NCBI GenBank assembly: GCA_905178155.1
Contig: CAJINV010000097.1
Coordinates: 1 to 8,266, forward strand
Source of the DNA: Amoebophrya sp. A120
Lineage: Eukaryota > Protista > Dinoflagellata
Length of the DNA: 8,266 nucleotides
Direction: 5' to 3'
Shown: one piece after another, positions 8,060 through 8,266 of the stretch
How the letters are laid out: every line of letters starts with the position of its first letter
How positions within the stretch are numbered: position 1 is the first letter of the stretch
The notes under the pieces: model-generated
What the model was told of the DNA's origin: nothing
The model's input: only the letters and a program-made list of their open reading frames with translations
The model's database searches: none
Program-made: the position numbers and the translations under genes

Positions 8060-8172
8060 TAAGCCGTGCAAAAGTAGTATCTTGATGAGTAGAAAGGAGT
8101 AGATTTGTCATGCGGTATTGCAATTCCAATTCCTACGTAGTTCGTTGTCCGATATCACTTTTGCCCAGGATA
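8060..8172. mobile_element. Degenerate introner-like remnant, probably inside a 12th intron
   Basis: TAAGCCGTGCAAAAGTAGTATC versus right-end reverse complement TATCCTGGGCAAAAGTGATATC (16/22). Resembles the end of H and contains TTGTCATGC. No direct repeat. Confidence 0.45.
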
Positions 8173-8266
8173 TCCGGTCCCGAAGTTGCTTTCGCGCAAC
8201 ACAGATCGGCGATTTCTTTTCCCGGGCGGTATGGACTTTCTACGCCGCGCCCTGCGGGAGCCAGGG

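Overview
Eukaryotic (protist-like) genomic DNA with two + strand genes. (1) An intronless RNase PH-family exosome core subunit, RRP41-like (386-1780). (2) A gene the ORF track misses, from ATG 3278 to at least 8030. It is broken into 12 exons by 11 transposon-like inserts of 150-403 bp. Each insert begins TAT, ends ATA, has terminal inverted repeats (weak in two) and is flanked by a 5-bp direct repeat. Removing each insert plus one repeat copy gives a stop-free 588-codon frame. The protein has an RS-rich N-terminus, an aromatic OCRE-like repeat, a cold-shock domain (GFG|FI, LFV|H) and the N-terminal part of a PP2C phosphatase (QDR|F, FFGVFDGHGG). None of the 11 inserts can be read as a GT-AG or GC-AG intron, so they look like non-canonical MITE-derived introns (introners). 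From recall, this matches those reported in the parasitic dinoflagellate Amoebophrya; the organism is my inference. Further structure: one family occurs in both orientations, a 9-mer is shared by all inserts and often sits about 40 nt inside the ends, one element is nested in another, the 5' ends resemble the U12 donor, and two mismatched direct repeats could map the splice junctions.
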